Shown here one piece after another: positions 1 to 9,330 of a stretch of 64,000 nt of DNA. The notes under the pieces are model-generated. The model saw only the letters and a list, made by a program, of their open reading frames with translations. It was not told where the DNA came from and searched no databases. The DNA is from Tannerella sp. (GTDB taxonomy: Bacteria; Bacteroidota; Bacteroidia; Bacteroidales; Tannerellaceae). Made by a program: the position numbers and the translations under genes. Position 1 is the stretch's first letter. Each line of letters starts with the position of its first letter. Location: assembly GCA_031285565.1 (NCBI GenBank), contig JAITVY010000048.1, positions 2,276 through 66,275 on the forward strand, given 5' to 3'.

Positions 1-1327
1 TAGACAAAATCAGAATAACAAAAAGCAATATAAAAGAAACAGACTGATAACCCGTTTCTATTGAAAAAGGTAGGCATATTACGACCGTAACCAATACCGC
101 CAGGATCGATAAAAGATAGTTCCTGAATGGAGAAGAAAAATCAGGGGAAGAAACCAGCTTCTTCTTAAATTGTTTTGCTTCTGTTCCGGGCTCTATGATA
201 TAGATATCTATTTCACCGCATTCTTTTAGTAAACGGTTTATAAAATTATCCCTGGCCAGTAATTTTGAAAAGAAACTTTGTTTACCTGATTTGCCGATAA
301 TAATATGGGTTATGTTTTCTTTCCGTGCAACATCAAGGGTGGTCGAAACAAGATCTTCACCCGAGGTAATAATAATTTCCGCCCCGAATTGCCGGGCAAG
401 GTCTATATTCTTTGTGAGTTCTTCTTGTTGCGATTCATTCAAAACCTGCGTATTTTCGACATGCAGGGCGGTAAGATCGGCACCCATGGTATATGACAGG
501 TTCTTTGCCCAGCGGATCAGTTTTGCCGACGATTTACTTGGTCCTACAAGTACAAGCAAGTGTAAACCTGATTTCCATGGTCCTTCTATCCGCTTTTGCT
601 GCATGTATGATTTCAGCTGCTTATCTACCCTGTCTGCAACGAGGCGGAGCGACATTTCGCGGAGAGCGGTAATATTCCCTTTCCTGAAAAAGTTTTGTAT
701 TGCTTCTTTCGATTGCGACGGAGCATATACTTTCCCTTCTGCCAGGCGGTCGAGAAGTGTATCCGGAGTCACATCTATCAGTTCCACATCATCCGCCATT
801 TCGAATATTTCATCAGGAATAGTTTCCCTGACCTTGATTCCTGTTATTTGTGCAACCGTATCGTTCCTGCTTTCAAGATGCTGAATGTTGACCGTAGCAT
901 ACACATTTATACCATTGTCAAGCAATTCCTGTACATCCTGATAACGTTTTGAATGGCGGCAGCCTTCTGCGTTTGTATGTGCAAGCTCATCTACCAAAAT
1001 AAGATAGGGATGCCTCAGAAGGACAGCATCCAAGTCCATTTCTTCAATGGTTGTCCCTTTATAATCTATTTTTTTCCGTGGTATAACTTCCAGCCCTTCC
1101 AATAGGATGTTTGTTTCGGGGCGATTGTGCGATTCCACATAGCCGACAACCACATCAATACCTTTCGACAAATCTATTTGTGCAGTCTGGAGCATCGTAT
1201 AGGTTTTGCCGACACCGGGTGACATACCGAAGAAGATCTTCAGCTTTCCACGTTTCCGGGTCTTTTCCTCCTGATTTATCGAGGTGAGGAGTTCATCAGG
1301 ATCAGGACGGTTATCGTTCGTTTTCAT
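1..1327 (-). CDS. kdpD: Sensor histidine kinase KdpD, N-terminal part (continues past the left window edge)
   Basis: Not in the ORF track. Manual translation from ATG 1327 gives [14 protein letters not shown]...RGKLKIFFGMSPGVGKTYTML...LVDELAHTN...RYQDVQELL, i.e. the KdpD domain, then a Usp-like region and the first TM helices. The start overlaps the kdpC stop (ATGA). Confidence 0.95.
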   Translation of the reverse strand, partial: MKTNDNRPDPDELLTSINQEEKTRKRGKLKIFFGMSPGVGKTYTMLQTAQIDLSKGIDVVVGYVESHNRPETNILLEGLEVIPRKKIDYKGTTIEEMDLDAVLLRHPYLILVDELAHTNAEGCRHSKRYQDVQELLDNGINVYATVNIQHLESRNDTVAQITGIKVRETIPDEIFEMADDVELIDVTPDTLLDRLAEGKVYAPSQSKEAIQNFFRKGNITALREMSLRLVADRVDKQLKSYMQQKRIEGPWKSGLHLLVLVGPSKSSAKLIRWAKNLSYTMGADLTALHVENTQVLNESQQEELTKNIDLARQFGAEIIITSGEDLVSTTLDVARKENITHIIIGKSGKQSFFSKLLARDNFINRLLKECGEIDIYIIEPGTEAKQFKKKLVSSPDFSSPFRNYLLSILAVLVTVVICLPFSIETGYQSVSFILLFVILILS

Positions 1328-1908
1328 TTCAGTTTATCCAACTCCAAATTTAATATAAAAACATTTACCCTCTTACATCCGAATATACCGAATTGAGGAG
1401 TTTCCGTTAGTTTATCGACTAAAATGCCCAGTTGTCGTTTTTGTCCTTCCGTGAATCCCCGGGCTTCGGATATACGGTTTATCTGTATTTTTGCTGCCTG
1501 TGGTGAAATATGGGGATCTAACCCGCTGGCTGAAGCAAACAGCATATCGGAAGGGATATCCGTATCCCCGATCAACTTATTCTTCTCAATGACATCATTT
1601 TTACGCATTTGTACAAGATTGTATAAATTCCTGCTTGTCAAACCCAGATTCGATCCGCCGGAAGCCAATGTATTATAGCCGGTGGCCGACGGACGTGTAT
1701 TGAAATAGATAGCCGTATCGGTCTTCTGCGCTATTAGTTCGCTACCTTGCAACGTCCCGTTAACCTCGATTAATGAACCGTTGGCTTTGGAAGGGAAAAC
1801 CAACCGGGCAACACCTGTTATCAATAAGGGATAAACAACTCCTAGAAGGATAGTCATCAATCCTAACATTTTTAATGATATAACTAATTGCTTTTTCATT
1901 TTGCTCAA
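1324..1908 (-). CDS. kdpC: K+-transporting ATPase subunit C
   Basis: N-terminal TM helix, [16 protein letters not shown] and RVNV motifs; operon position. Confidence 0.96.
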   Translation of the reverse strand: MSKMKKQLVISLKMLGLMTILLGVVYPLLITGVARLVFPSKANGSLIEVNGTLQGSELIAQKTDTAIYFNTRPSATGYNTLASGGSNLGLTSRNLYNLVQMRKNDVIEKNKLIGDTDIPSDMLFASASGLDPHISPQAAKIQINRISEARGFTEGQKRQLGILVDKLTETPQFGIFGCKRVNVFILNLELDKLK

Positions 1909-3980
1909 AGTATTTGTAATAACATATCAATTAACCTGATTCCGATAAACGGAGTAATAATTCCCCCAAGCCCGTAAATGCACAGGTTACGAAGCAATGA
2001 CTTAGACGGTGATTCCGCCCTGTATTTTACGCCTTTTAAGGCGAGAGGGATAAGAAATATTATAATTAAGGCGTTGAAAATAATCGCACTCAATATGGCA
2101 TTTTCAGGAGAAGACAACCCCATAATGTTTAATGCGGATAATGGTCCTTTCTCCGATACACTTGCATACAATGTTACGGCAATAGCAGGGATAATGGCAA
2201 AGTATTTTGCCACATCATTGGCAATACTGAAAGTAGTCAATGCACCGCGGGTCATCAGTAGTTGCTTGCCCACTTCAACAACTTCTATCAGTTTAGTCGG
2301 GTTACTATCTAAATCGACCATATTACCTGCTTCACGTGCAGCTTGTGTCCCGCTACTCATAGCAATTCCCACATCGGATTGGGCAAGGGCAGGGGCATCG
2401 TTTGTACCATCGCCGATCATTCCCACAAGCCGTCCGTTTGCCTGCTCTTCCCTAATTTTCATTAGCTTATCTTCCGGTGTGGCTTCTGCAAGGAAGTCGT
2501 CTACTCCTGCTTCTGCAGCAATAGCAGCGGCAGTCAAAGGATTATCTCCTGTAATCATAACGGTTTTTATTCCCATTTTACGTAATTGCATAAAGCGTTC
2601 TTTTATGCCTCCTTTTACAATATCTTTCAGGTGTATAATTCCCAGAACTTCTTTATCACGTGCTACAATCAGTGGGGTTGCACCTTGTTGAGCCAATTCT
2701 TTCGCCATTTCTTCCACACTTTCGGGAAAGAACCCACGATTACCTGAAACAAAAGAACGTATAGCATCCACCGAACCTTTCCGTATTTTTTGTACTTGCC
2801 CATTTACGGTTATATCTACACCACTCATACGTGTTTGTGCGGTAAAAGGAATAAATTCAGCTTCCAAACCTGCCAGGTCACGCCCGCGGATATTAAATTT
2901 TTCTTTAGCCAGAATCACGATAGAGCGGCCTTCGGGTGTTTCATCACTCAGTGACGATAGCTGGGCAGCATCTGCAATTTCTCTGATAGTTATACCATCG
3001 GCAGGGATAAAATCGGTAGCCATACGGTTACCCAATGTAATTGTTCCTGTTTTATCCAATAATAAGACATCTACATCCCCGGCAGCTTCAATGGCGCGAC
3101 CGCTGGTCGCGATAACGTTCCGTTTCATCAGCCTGTCCATTCCGCTGATACCTATTGCGCTCAGTAATCCTCCGATAGTTGTCGGAATAAGGCATACCAA
3201 AAGCGCTATAAGTACAGGCAGGCTCAGATTACCTGATTGTGATAATCCTGACGCTTGTAGACTATATCCGAAAAACGCAGGAAGGGTAACTACAGCCAGG
3301 AGGAAAATAATAGAAAGTCCTGAAAGCAAAATTGTCAGGGCGATCTCATTCGGTGTTTTCTGACGTTTAGCACCTTCAACCAAGGCTATCATACGATCGA
3401 TAAAGGTATTTCCGGCGTTGGATGTTATTTTGATTATAATCTTATCACTTAGTACTTTTGTTCCGCCTGTTACTGCATTCCGGTCGCCTCCGCTTTCTCG
3501 TATGACAGGGGCGGATTCTCCTGTTATAGCTGATTCGTCGACTGTTGCTATACCCTCAATCACTTCACCATCGGAGGGGATAATATCTCCGGCTTCGCAC
3601 ACGACAATATCGTCTTTTTTGAGGTTTTCAGCTGCGATGATTTTTTCCTGTCCTTCTTTTAAAATACGGGCTTTCGTTTGTGAACGGTTAGCTTTCAGGC
3701 TTTCTGCCTGCGCTTTGCCTCTGCCTTCTGCTATAGCCTCTGAAAAATTGGCAAATAACACGGTTATCCATAGCCAAATTGAAATTTGCAGATTAAAGGA
3801 CGAAAATGTCCCACTCATGATTCCTGTTAAAACCATAATTGTTGCTAGTACAGCCCCAATGGCCACAATAAATATGACCGGATTTTTTACCAGTAAACCG
3901 GGACTCAGTTTAATAAATGAAGTTTTAATCGCTTCTGCCAGTATTTTCTTATGCAGAAAACTTTTATTTTGATTTTTCAT
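1905..3980 (-). CDS. kdpB: K+-transporting P-type ATPase subunit B
   Basis: TGESAPV, DKTGTIT phosphorylation motif, [10 protein letters not shown]. Confidence 0.98.
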   Translation of the reverse strand: MKNQNKSFLHKKILAEAIKTSFIKLSPGLLVKNPVIFIVAIGAVLATIMVLTGIMSGTFSSFNLQISIWLWITVLFANFSEAIAEGRGKAQAESLKANRSQTKARILKEGQEKIIAAENLKKDDIVVCEAGDIIPSDGEVIEGIATVDESAITGESAPVIRESGGDRNAVTGGTKVLSDKIIIKITSNAGNTFIDRMIALVEGAKRQKTPNEIALTILLSGLSIIFLLAVVTLPAFFGYSLQASGLSQSGNLSLPVLIALLVCLIPTTIGGLLSAIGISGMDRLMKRNVIATSGRAIEAAGDVDVLLLDKTGTITLGNRMATDFIPADGITIREIADAAQLSSLSDETPEGRSIVILAKEKFNIRGRDLAGLEAEFIPFTAQTRMSGVDITVNGQVQKIRKGSVDAIRSFVSGNRGFFPESVEEMAKELAQQGATPLIVARDKEVLGIIHLKDIVKGGIKERFMQLRKMGIKTVMITGDNPLTAAAIAAEAGVDDFLAEATPEDKLMKIREEQANGRLVGMIGDGTNDAPALAQSDVGIAMSSGTQAAREAGNMVDLDSNPTKLIEVVEVGKQLLMTRGALTTFSIANDVAKYFAIIPAIAVTLYASVSEKGPLSALNIMGLSSPENAILSAIIFNALIIIFLIPLALKGVKYRAESPSKSLLRNLCIYGLGGIITPFIGIRLIDMLLQIL

Positions 3981-3992
3981 TTTCCCTATGTT

Positions 3993-5687
3993 TTAAAAAA
4001 GAACACCGTTTTGCATTAAAATGTGGTCTACAACCGGGCCTAATGATAAGGCCGGGAAGAATGTCAGTCCGCCGACTATCATTATAATCGAAATAAGCAA
4101 TCCCACAAAAAGGGCATTATCCGTCTTGAATGTACCTTGCGATACAGGTATTATTTTCTTTTGGGCAAGGCTTCCAGCAATGGCTAATACAGGTACGATA
4201 ATGCCGTACCGTCCAATAAGCATACCCAAAGCTATCATCAGGTTATAAAATACAGTCGAGACATTCAGTCCGGCAAAGGCGCTACCGTTGTTTCCTGCAG
4301 CAGAAGAAAAAGCGTAAAGGATTTCAGATAAACCATGTGGCCCTGGATTATTTAAACCAGCCAAACCTGATTGGGATGTGCAGGCAATTGCCGAAAACAA
4401 TAAAATGACTATGGAAGGACTTAATATGGCTATAATTGCCATCTTTACCTCAAAGGCTTCTATTTTCTTACCCAGATATTCGGGAGTACGACCAACCATC
4501 AGCCCTGCAATAAAAACAGTGAGGATAATAAATATAACAATACCGTATAATCCAGCTCCGGCACCTCCGTATATAACCTCACCCAGCATCATATTTATCA
4601 TGGCTACCATGCCTGAAAGAGGAGTGAGGCTATCGTGCATTGCATTTACTGAACCATTAGAGGCAGCTGTTGTTGCAGTAGACCACAATACACTGTTAAC
4701 AATTCCAAAACGTGTCTCTTTTCCTTCCATGTAAGCCATATTGTTCCATATTTCTGACTGATGAAACTCGGAATATAAGGATATTACAAGTCCGGCTCCG
4801 AATAGTATGAACATTGCCGTAAATATAGCCCAACCATGTTTTTGAGATTTTACCATTTTGCCATACGTGTAGGTTAATGCAGCAGGAATAAGCAATATGG
4901 ATAATACTTGTAAGAAATTGGAGAACGGTGTCGGGTTTTCGAAAGGATGGGCGCTATTGGTACCAAAGAAACCACCACCATTCGTCCCCAATTGTTTGAT
5001 GGCGATTTGAGATGCTGCCGGGCCTTGGGGTATTATTTGCATTTCTCCTTGTAATGTTGTTACTTCGGCGTAGTCATTAAAATTCTGGATAACACCCTGT
5101 CCTGCTAAAAGAATAGCCAATATAACAGATAAGGGCAACAGGATATAGAGCGTACTACGCGTAATATCAACCCAGAAGTTACCAATTCTTTCAGTCGTTT
5201 TTCCCGTAATTCCGCGAATCAACGCAACAATGACAGCTATACCTGTAGCTGCACTGAGGAAATTTTGTACGGTCAGCCCTGCCATCTGGCTGAAATAACT
5301 CAAACCTGTTTCGCCTGCATACGATTGCCAGTTGGTATTCGTAACATAACTGACAGAGGTATTCAATGCTGTATGCCAATTCATATTGTCCATATGTTGC
5401 GGGGGGTTCAGGGGTAACCATTTTTGCACCATCAGTAGGACGAACAGAAATGCGAAGCCTGCCAAATTGAATATCAATAACGAAAGGGCATATTTTTTCC
5501 AGTTCATCGATTGGTTTTCATCAATCCCTATGATTTTATATATTATCTTTTCGGATTTTCCGAATACAGGACTTAGAATGTTCTGCTCCCCGTTCAATAC
5601 TTTTGCCATGAAAGAGCCCAAAAGCGGAGTTAGTGCAACCAGCAGGAACAGAAACAGGAATACTTGTATATAATCATTGATTTCCAT
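3993..5687 (-). CDS. kdpA: K+-transporting ATPase subunit A
   Basis: TNTNWQSY, KQLGTNGGGFF, SNGSVN and NNGSAFAG selectivity-filter motifs. Confidence 0.98.
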   Translation of the reverse strand: MEINDYIQVFLFLFLLVALTPLLGSFMAKVLNGEQNILSPVFGKSEKIIYKIIGIDENQSMNWKKYALSLLIFNLAGFAFLFVLLMVQKWLPLNPPQHMDNMNWHTALNTSVSYVTNTNWQSYAGETGLSYFSQMAGLTVQNFLSAATGIAVIVALIRGITGKTTERIGNFWVDITRSTLYILLPLSVILAILLAGQGVIQNFNDYAEVTTLQGEMQIIPQGPAASQIAIKQLGTNGGGFFGTNSAHPFENPTPFSNFLQVLSILLIPAALTYTYGKMVKSQKHGWAIFTAMFILFGAGLVISLYSEFHQSEIWNNMAYMEGKETRFGIVNSVLWSTATTAASNGSVNAMHDSLTPLSGMVAMINMMLGEVIYGGAGAGLYGIVIFIILTVFIAGLMVGRTPEYLGKKIEAFEVKMAIIAILSPSIVILLFSAIACTSQSGLAGLNNPGPHGLSEILYAFSSAAGNNGSAFAGLNVSTVFYNLMIALGMLIGRYGIIVPVLAIAGSLAQKKIIPVSQGTFKTDNALFVGLLISIIMIVGGLTFFPALSLGPVVDHILMQNGVLF

Positions 5688-5696
5688 AATCTTTAA

Positions 5697-5786
5697 TTAA
5701 AATTTTTCGGGTTTTACCAATACGTAGATAAGATATCCCAGGATCAGGATACCTATAATCACTCCAATAATATACGTTGTCTCCAT
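5697..5786 (-). CDS. kdpF: K+-transporting ATPase subunit F (29 aa)
   Basis: Manual translation METTYIIGVIIGILILGYLIYVLVKPEKF*. The YL.Y.L..PEKF ending is typical of KdpF, and it lies 9 nt upstream of kdpA. Confidence 0.93.
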   Translation of the reverse strand: METTYIIGVIIGILILGYLIYVLVKPEKF

Positions 5787-5812
5787 AATTTATGTTTTTA
5801 TTAATGATAATG

Positions 5813-5880
5813 CAAAGTTAGGGACGAAGTCATAAGGATTTTATAAAGAAAACCTGTTGGATATAAAGATTTTATAAAGA
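5813..5880 (-). promoter_or_regulatory. kdp promoter: -7 box plus duplicated putative KdpE-type operator
   Basis: TAACTTTG on the minus strand at 5813-5820. An 18-bp direct repeat ATAA(G/A)GATTTTATAAAGA at 5832-5849 and 5863-5880 contains TTTATA boxes. Confidence 0.65.
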
Positions 5881-5971
5881 TTGATTTTGGGATGTAAGTT
5901 GTTGTTTTTTATGAATTTATCCCGATGTGCTAGGGTTGTTGGATAGGTTTGGTATTGAGTTGTATAAACAT

Positions 5972-6013
5972 AAAACGACCCGTTAAATGGTAAAACATTT
6001 AACGGGTCGTTTT
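5972..6013. terminator. Intrinsic terminator after the DUF6515 gene
   Basis: Perfect 18-bp inverted repeat AAAACGACCCGTTAAATG / CATTTAACGGGTCGTTTT. Confidence 0.85.
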
Positions 6014-6037
6014 TGGCTGGATCCTGTTCTGTTATTA

Positions 6038-6934
6038 CTATTCTTCTTCTACTTGTGCCACCTCATATTTATTTTTTCCATCTACCTGTACAGGTTGATA
6101 ATAAGTTTCGCCAATTTTAACGTAAGTCTGATCTCCAATTTTAACTTCTTCTCCTCCCTCCGGAAGATTGTCTACCACAGCACCTGCAGGTGGCGCTACT
6201 ACTTTATACTGGCTACCATCTTTTTCGTAATAAGCGCCACCATAGTAATAATTGGTGGTATTATTCACCACCACTGTCTGGGCTCCACTGGGTATGGTGG
6301 TTACTGCACCGCCTACAGGAGCCTGAACTACAGTATATCCCCCATTATTTGCCGCATACCAGACTCCCTGGTCATAATGGTATTGTGCATCTGCAACCGA
6401 TACGATAATGGCGGTTGTAGCTAAGGTTGCTATAAAGAAACCCCACGGATGCCAAACTGGTCCCCAATAATAGGGATGATAGCAATAGTAGCGACGACCT
6501 CCCCATACATAAGGTGGACGGGCATAAGTCGCAATGTTGTTTCTCCGAACCACTGTGTTCCGATTATTTACCACATTGATATCATGACTTCTATCAACAT
6601 TAATATTCACAGTATTACCACTGATATTCCTATTGTTACTATTCCGGTTATTGACATTTGTGTTCCGGTTATAGTTGTTTGTCCTATTGGTTGTTCTCGG
6701 AGCATTATGGCTGGGTGTAGGACTGGTTCTGATAGTCCGGTTCGGTGATTTAACAGCTCCCCCATTGATGGAGCGCCTGTTTTGAGTATTGACAGAATGC
6801 TGAACTCCTCCTCCTTTTGCACCCATCCGTGAAGCGCCATGATTCATCCTTTGTGCTTCGACCTGGAAAATACCAATAAACAAAATCGGTATGACAAGGA
6901 AAAGTCGATGATATACATATGTTCTTTTTTTCAT
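6038..6934 (-). CDS. Exported DUF6515-like protein with an N/R-rich low-complexity region
   Basis: Signal peptide, N/R-rich disordered segment, then repeated YYY.G.YY...Y.VV.PP.GAVV..LP units. Family assignment is from recall. Confidence 0.75.
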   Translation of the reverse strand: MKKRTYVYHRLFLVIPILFIGIFQVEAQRMNHGASRMGAKGGGVQHSVNTQNRRSINGGAVKSPNRTIRTSPTPSHNAPRTTNRTNNYNRNTNVNNRNSNNRNISGNTVNINVDRSHDINVVNNRNTVVRRNNIATYARPPYVWGGRRYYCYHPYYWGPVWHPWGFFIATLATTAIIVSVADAQYHYDQGVWYAANNGGYTVVQAPVGGAVTTIPSGAQTVVVNNTTNYYYGGAYYEKDGSQYKVVAPPAGAVVDNLPEGGEEVKIGDQTYVKIGETYYQPVQVDGKNKYEVAQVEEE

Positions 6935-6960
6935 TGCTTTAAGAATTAATCAATTTATTA

Positions 6961-7722
6961 TTATTGTTCATTTTGAGACATGATCCTAACCTGTGCAGCG
7001 CCTGCGGGAGGTAAAAAATCAAAGATGGCCTCAGGCAAAACCGGATTGATCTGCCAATCGGAAAAAGATGCATGGTATTGGGGATTACCTTTTTGTGTTT
7101 TATAGGTAATCACAAATTTTGCCGGTAAATTATAAGCATCGTTGTTTATCCAAAACTCAATGTTTTTGTCTTTGGTAGATGCAACCAGATGAAAATATTC
7201 TTTGCCCTCCATTCTCACTATACCCAAAAACCGGAATAGATCAGCCTCATTGAGCAAATCATCCGTAAAAGCCGGGTAAAAGAAATCCGCAGCCGGGAAT
7301 TCAATCCCATAATGCGTATGCACACTGTCTATCATTTGGATAGTAGTTGCAGGTACAGGCAAAATACCATAGTTATTCTCATCAAAAGAATAATAGGCCA
7401 GTTCATTTCCGTTGTACATTAATTGCCTGTGACCCCTATAGCCATGTGCATTCACCAGCATCTTATCCGGTCCGCTAATGAATACTTCAAAAGAAGCAAG
7501 TTCCTTTATATGTCCGAATAATGGGTCAACAATGTCTGTAGTGGTACTCAAGTGGTAACTGCAAGACTCCAGGTTTCCAATTACATCCGACATCCTGTCG
7601 ACAATTAAAATCGCCAGGGAATCTTGTTGTTTTGATTGTGGAAAAACACCAGATGCCTGTAAAGTAAAAAACAGGCTTATACTTAGTATTTTCACATTTC
7701 TTGGAGTAAAAATCCTTTTCAT
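6961..7722 (-). CDS. DUF2092-family periplasmic protein
   Basis: Signal peptide from ATG 7722 (MKRIF...), YGIEFPAADFF and FSDWQINP..PEAIFDF.PP motifs. The track start at 7758 lies inside the predicted promoter. Confidence 0.75.
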   Translation of the reverse strand: MKRIFTPRNVKILSISLFFTLQASGVFPQSKQQDSLAILIVDRMSDVIGNLESCSYHLSTTTDIVDPLFGHIKELASFEVFISGPDKMLVNAHGYRGHRQLMYNGNELAYYSFDENNYGILPVPATTIQMIDSVHTHYGIEFPAADFFYPAFTDDLLNEADLFRFLGIVRMEGKEYFHLVASTKDKNIEFWINNDAYNLPAKFVITYKTQKGNPQYHASFSDWQINPVLPEAIFDFLPPAGAAQVRIMSQNEQ

Positions 7723-7749
7723 TGTTGTATGTTTTTGTAGTTTGTGGAT

Positions 7750-7778
7750 TAAGAACAAATTTGCGTTGTTTTTTGTTG
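7750..7778 (-). promoter_or_regulatory. ECF-sigma-type promoter CAAC-N17-TGTT
   Basis: Minus strand CAAC (7778-7775), 17-nt spacer, TGTTCTTA; matches seven other copies in the window. Confidence 0.55.
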
Positions 7779-8051
7779 CAAAGGTGTCCTGATAGCCACA
7801 TACTAAAAATGGAAACGAAATGCAAGGATTTTGATTTAATGCGCTGATTGATTGGTGTAATCGGTATTTTACCTTTGGTTGTAGTCATCCGCCCAATGTT
7901 GTCAACATAGGGTTTGACAGATCTGGTTATATTGCCAAGGGGATGACATTACTATTTTACATCTCCGGAGTTTATGTCCCAGGAATAATCTACCGTTTGC
8001 GACGAGTGTGTGCCCAGGGAAATATGACAGACTTTTCCGGCTTATTGGGGG

Positions 8052-8534
8052 TTAGGGAAGAAGACGATATATTCCTTCAATTGTCAACAATTGTTTTTTT
8101 ACATCCAACCCACCGGCATAACCTATTAATTTGCCGGTGGCGCCAACAACGCGATGGCAGGGGATGATAATAGGGATTGGGTTGTGGTTATTGGCCATTC
8201 CAACAGCCTGAAAACCTTTAGGACAGTCGATTGCTTCAGCAATGTATTTATATGATACTGTATCTCCATATGGGATGGTTAGCAGTGCTTGCCATACTTT
8301 TTGTTGAAAGTCTGTACCTTTTGGCGCCAGAGGCAGGTCAAATGATTTTCTTGCTCCGTCGAAATATTCAGAAAGTTGTTGTACGGATTTCTTTAGCAAA
8401 TCCGTTTCTTTTTCTTCTCCGGTTTCCGGATTACCCGACGTTTTAAATGCAAATTCTATAGCAGTTATGCATTGATTTTCTTCATATATACGTAATAATC
8501 CAATGGGGGAATTGTAATTTGTAAAATATTTCAT
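8052..8534 (-). CDS. ogt: Methylated-DNA--protein-cysteine S-methyltransferase
   Basis: GTDFQQKVW...IPYG and the IIIPCHRVVG active site. Confidence 0.95.
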   Translation of the reverse strand: MKYFTNYNSPIGLLRIYEENQCITAIEFAFKTSGNPETGEEKETDLLKKSVQQLSEYFDGARKSFDLPLAPKGTDFQQKVWQALLTIPYGDTVSYKYIAEAIDCPKGFQAVGMANNHNPIPIIIPCHRVVGATGKLIGYAGGLDVKKQLLTIEGIYRLLP

Positions 8535-8553
8535 GCGATAATATTTTATATAG

Positions 8554-8625
8554 TAGTTAGTAGTAATTGATGATTGGTTTGTTTTATCGTAGATAAATTA
8601 ACCATTAATCATTAACCATTAACCA
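8554..8625. repeat. Heptamer tandem-repeat hairpin
   Basis: TTAACCA-TTAATCA-TTAACCA-TTAACCA (8598-8625) faces degenerate complementary heptamers TAGTTAG/TAATTGA/TGATTGG (8554-8577). Confidence 0.6.
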
Positions 8626-9300
8626 CTAATTTAAGATTTTCCTGGCCCATTTCTCGGAACTATTGATTAATAAGATTCCTTTAGGTAATGATGAAATTAC
8701 TCTGGTTATGCTATATTCTTTTTTTGGGAATAAATCAATGAGTAGTCCGTTTAATGTATATATGCTGATTACTTCATCCGTAAATGTGTTTGACAGGGTG
8801 AGCATATTATCCGATATATATGCCTGAGTAGTAGTAGTGTCGGATATATTTTCATTGGCTGTTGGCTGATTGTCTTCCAGCATCGTTTTCAGGTTCTTTG
8901 CACTTACCAATCCTCTTGAATGGGATAGGGGGGATGTTGGATCATTGGGATCGATAATACATATCAGCGGTATATATGCAGATGGATACATTCCATCATA
9001 TGAATTTGCTTCATCACTCTTTTTGCTATCACAATACCATAAAATATAACCCTTATCTACGATTTCTTTTAGTTCCGGTCTGTTCAGATAGGTCTTAATA
9101 ATATTACAATTACTACATTTTTCATTGCCTAAAAGAAGAAAAACATGCTTATTTTGTTCTTTAGCGGCAGAAAATGCCTCTTCTTTTGATTCATACCATA
9201 TTGTATTTTCATCATTCGCAAATGCTTTACTTCCTGCATAACAGATGAAAAATGTACATAATACATACCTGATAATCGTTTTGTATTTAAAAATGTTCAT
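8626..9300 (-). CDS. Exported thioredoxin-fold protein with a probable T9SS-type C-terminal sorting domain
   Basis: Signal peptide; W..S.EEAF..AKEQNKHVFL...CSNC (CxxC); C-terminus PTANENI...ISIYTLNGLLI...LPKGILLI...KILN. Confidence 0.7.
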   Translation of the reverse strand: MNIFKYKTIIRYVLCTFFICYAGSKAFANDENTIWYESKEEAFSAAKEQNKHVFLLLGNEKCSNCNIIKTYLNRPELKEIVDKGYILWYCDSKKSDEANSYDGMYPSAYIPLICIIDPNDPTSPLSHSRGLVSAKNLKTMLEDNQPTANENISDTTTTQAYISDNMLTLSNTFTDEVISIYTLNGLLIDLFPKKEYSITRVISSLPKGILLINSSEKWARKILN

Positions 9301-9330
9301 AACAAATAGTTGGGTTAAAAAAATGTATGT

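Noticed and set aside
291-952. Plus-strand ORFs 291..884, 305..496 and 695..952
   Set aside because: Antisense shadows of kdpD. The many other short track ORFs overlapping identified genes were rejected for the same reason.
7790-8050. Intergenic segment and ORFs 7526..7888 and 7943..8167
   Set aside because: No motifs; the ORFs overlap real genes; no convincing structure.
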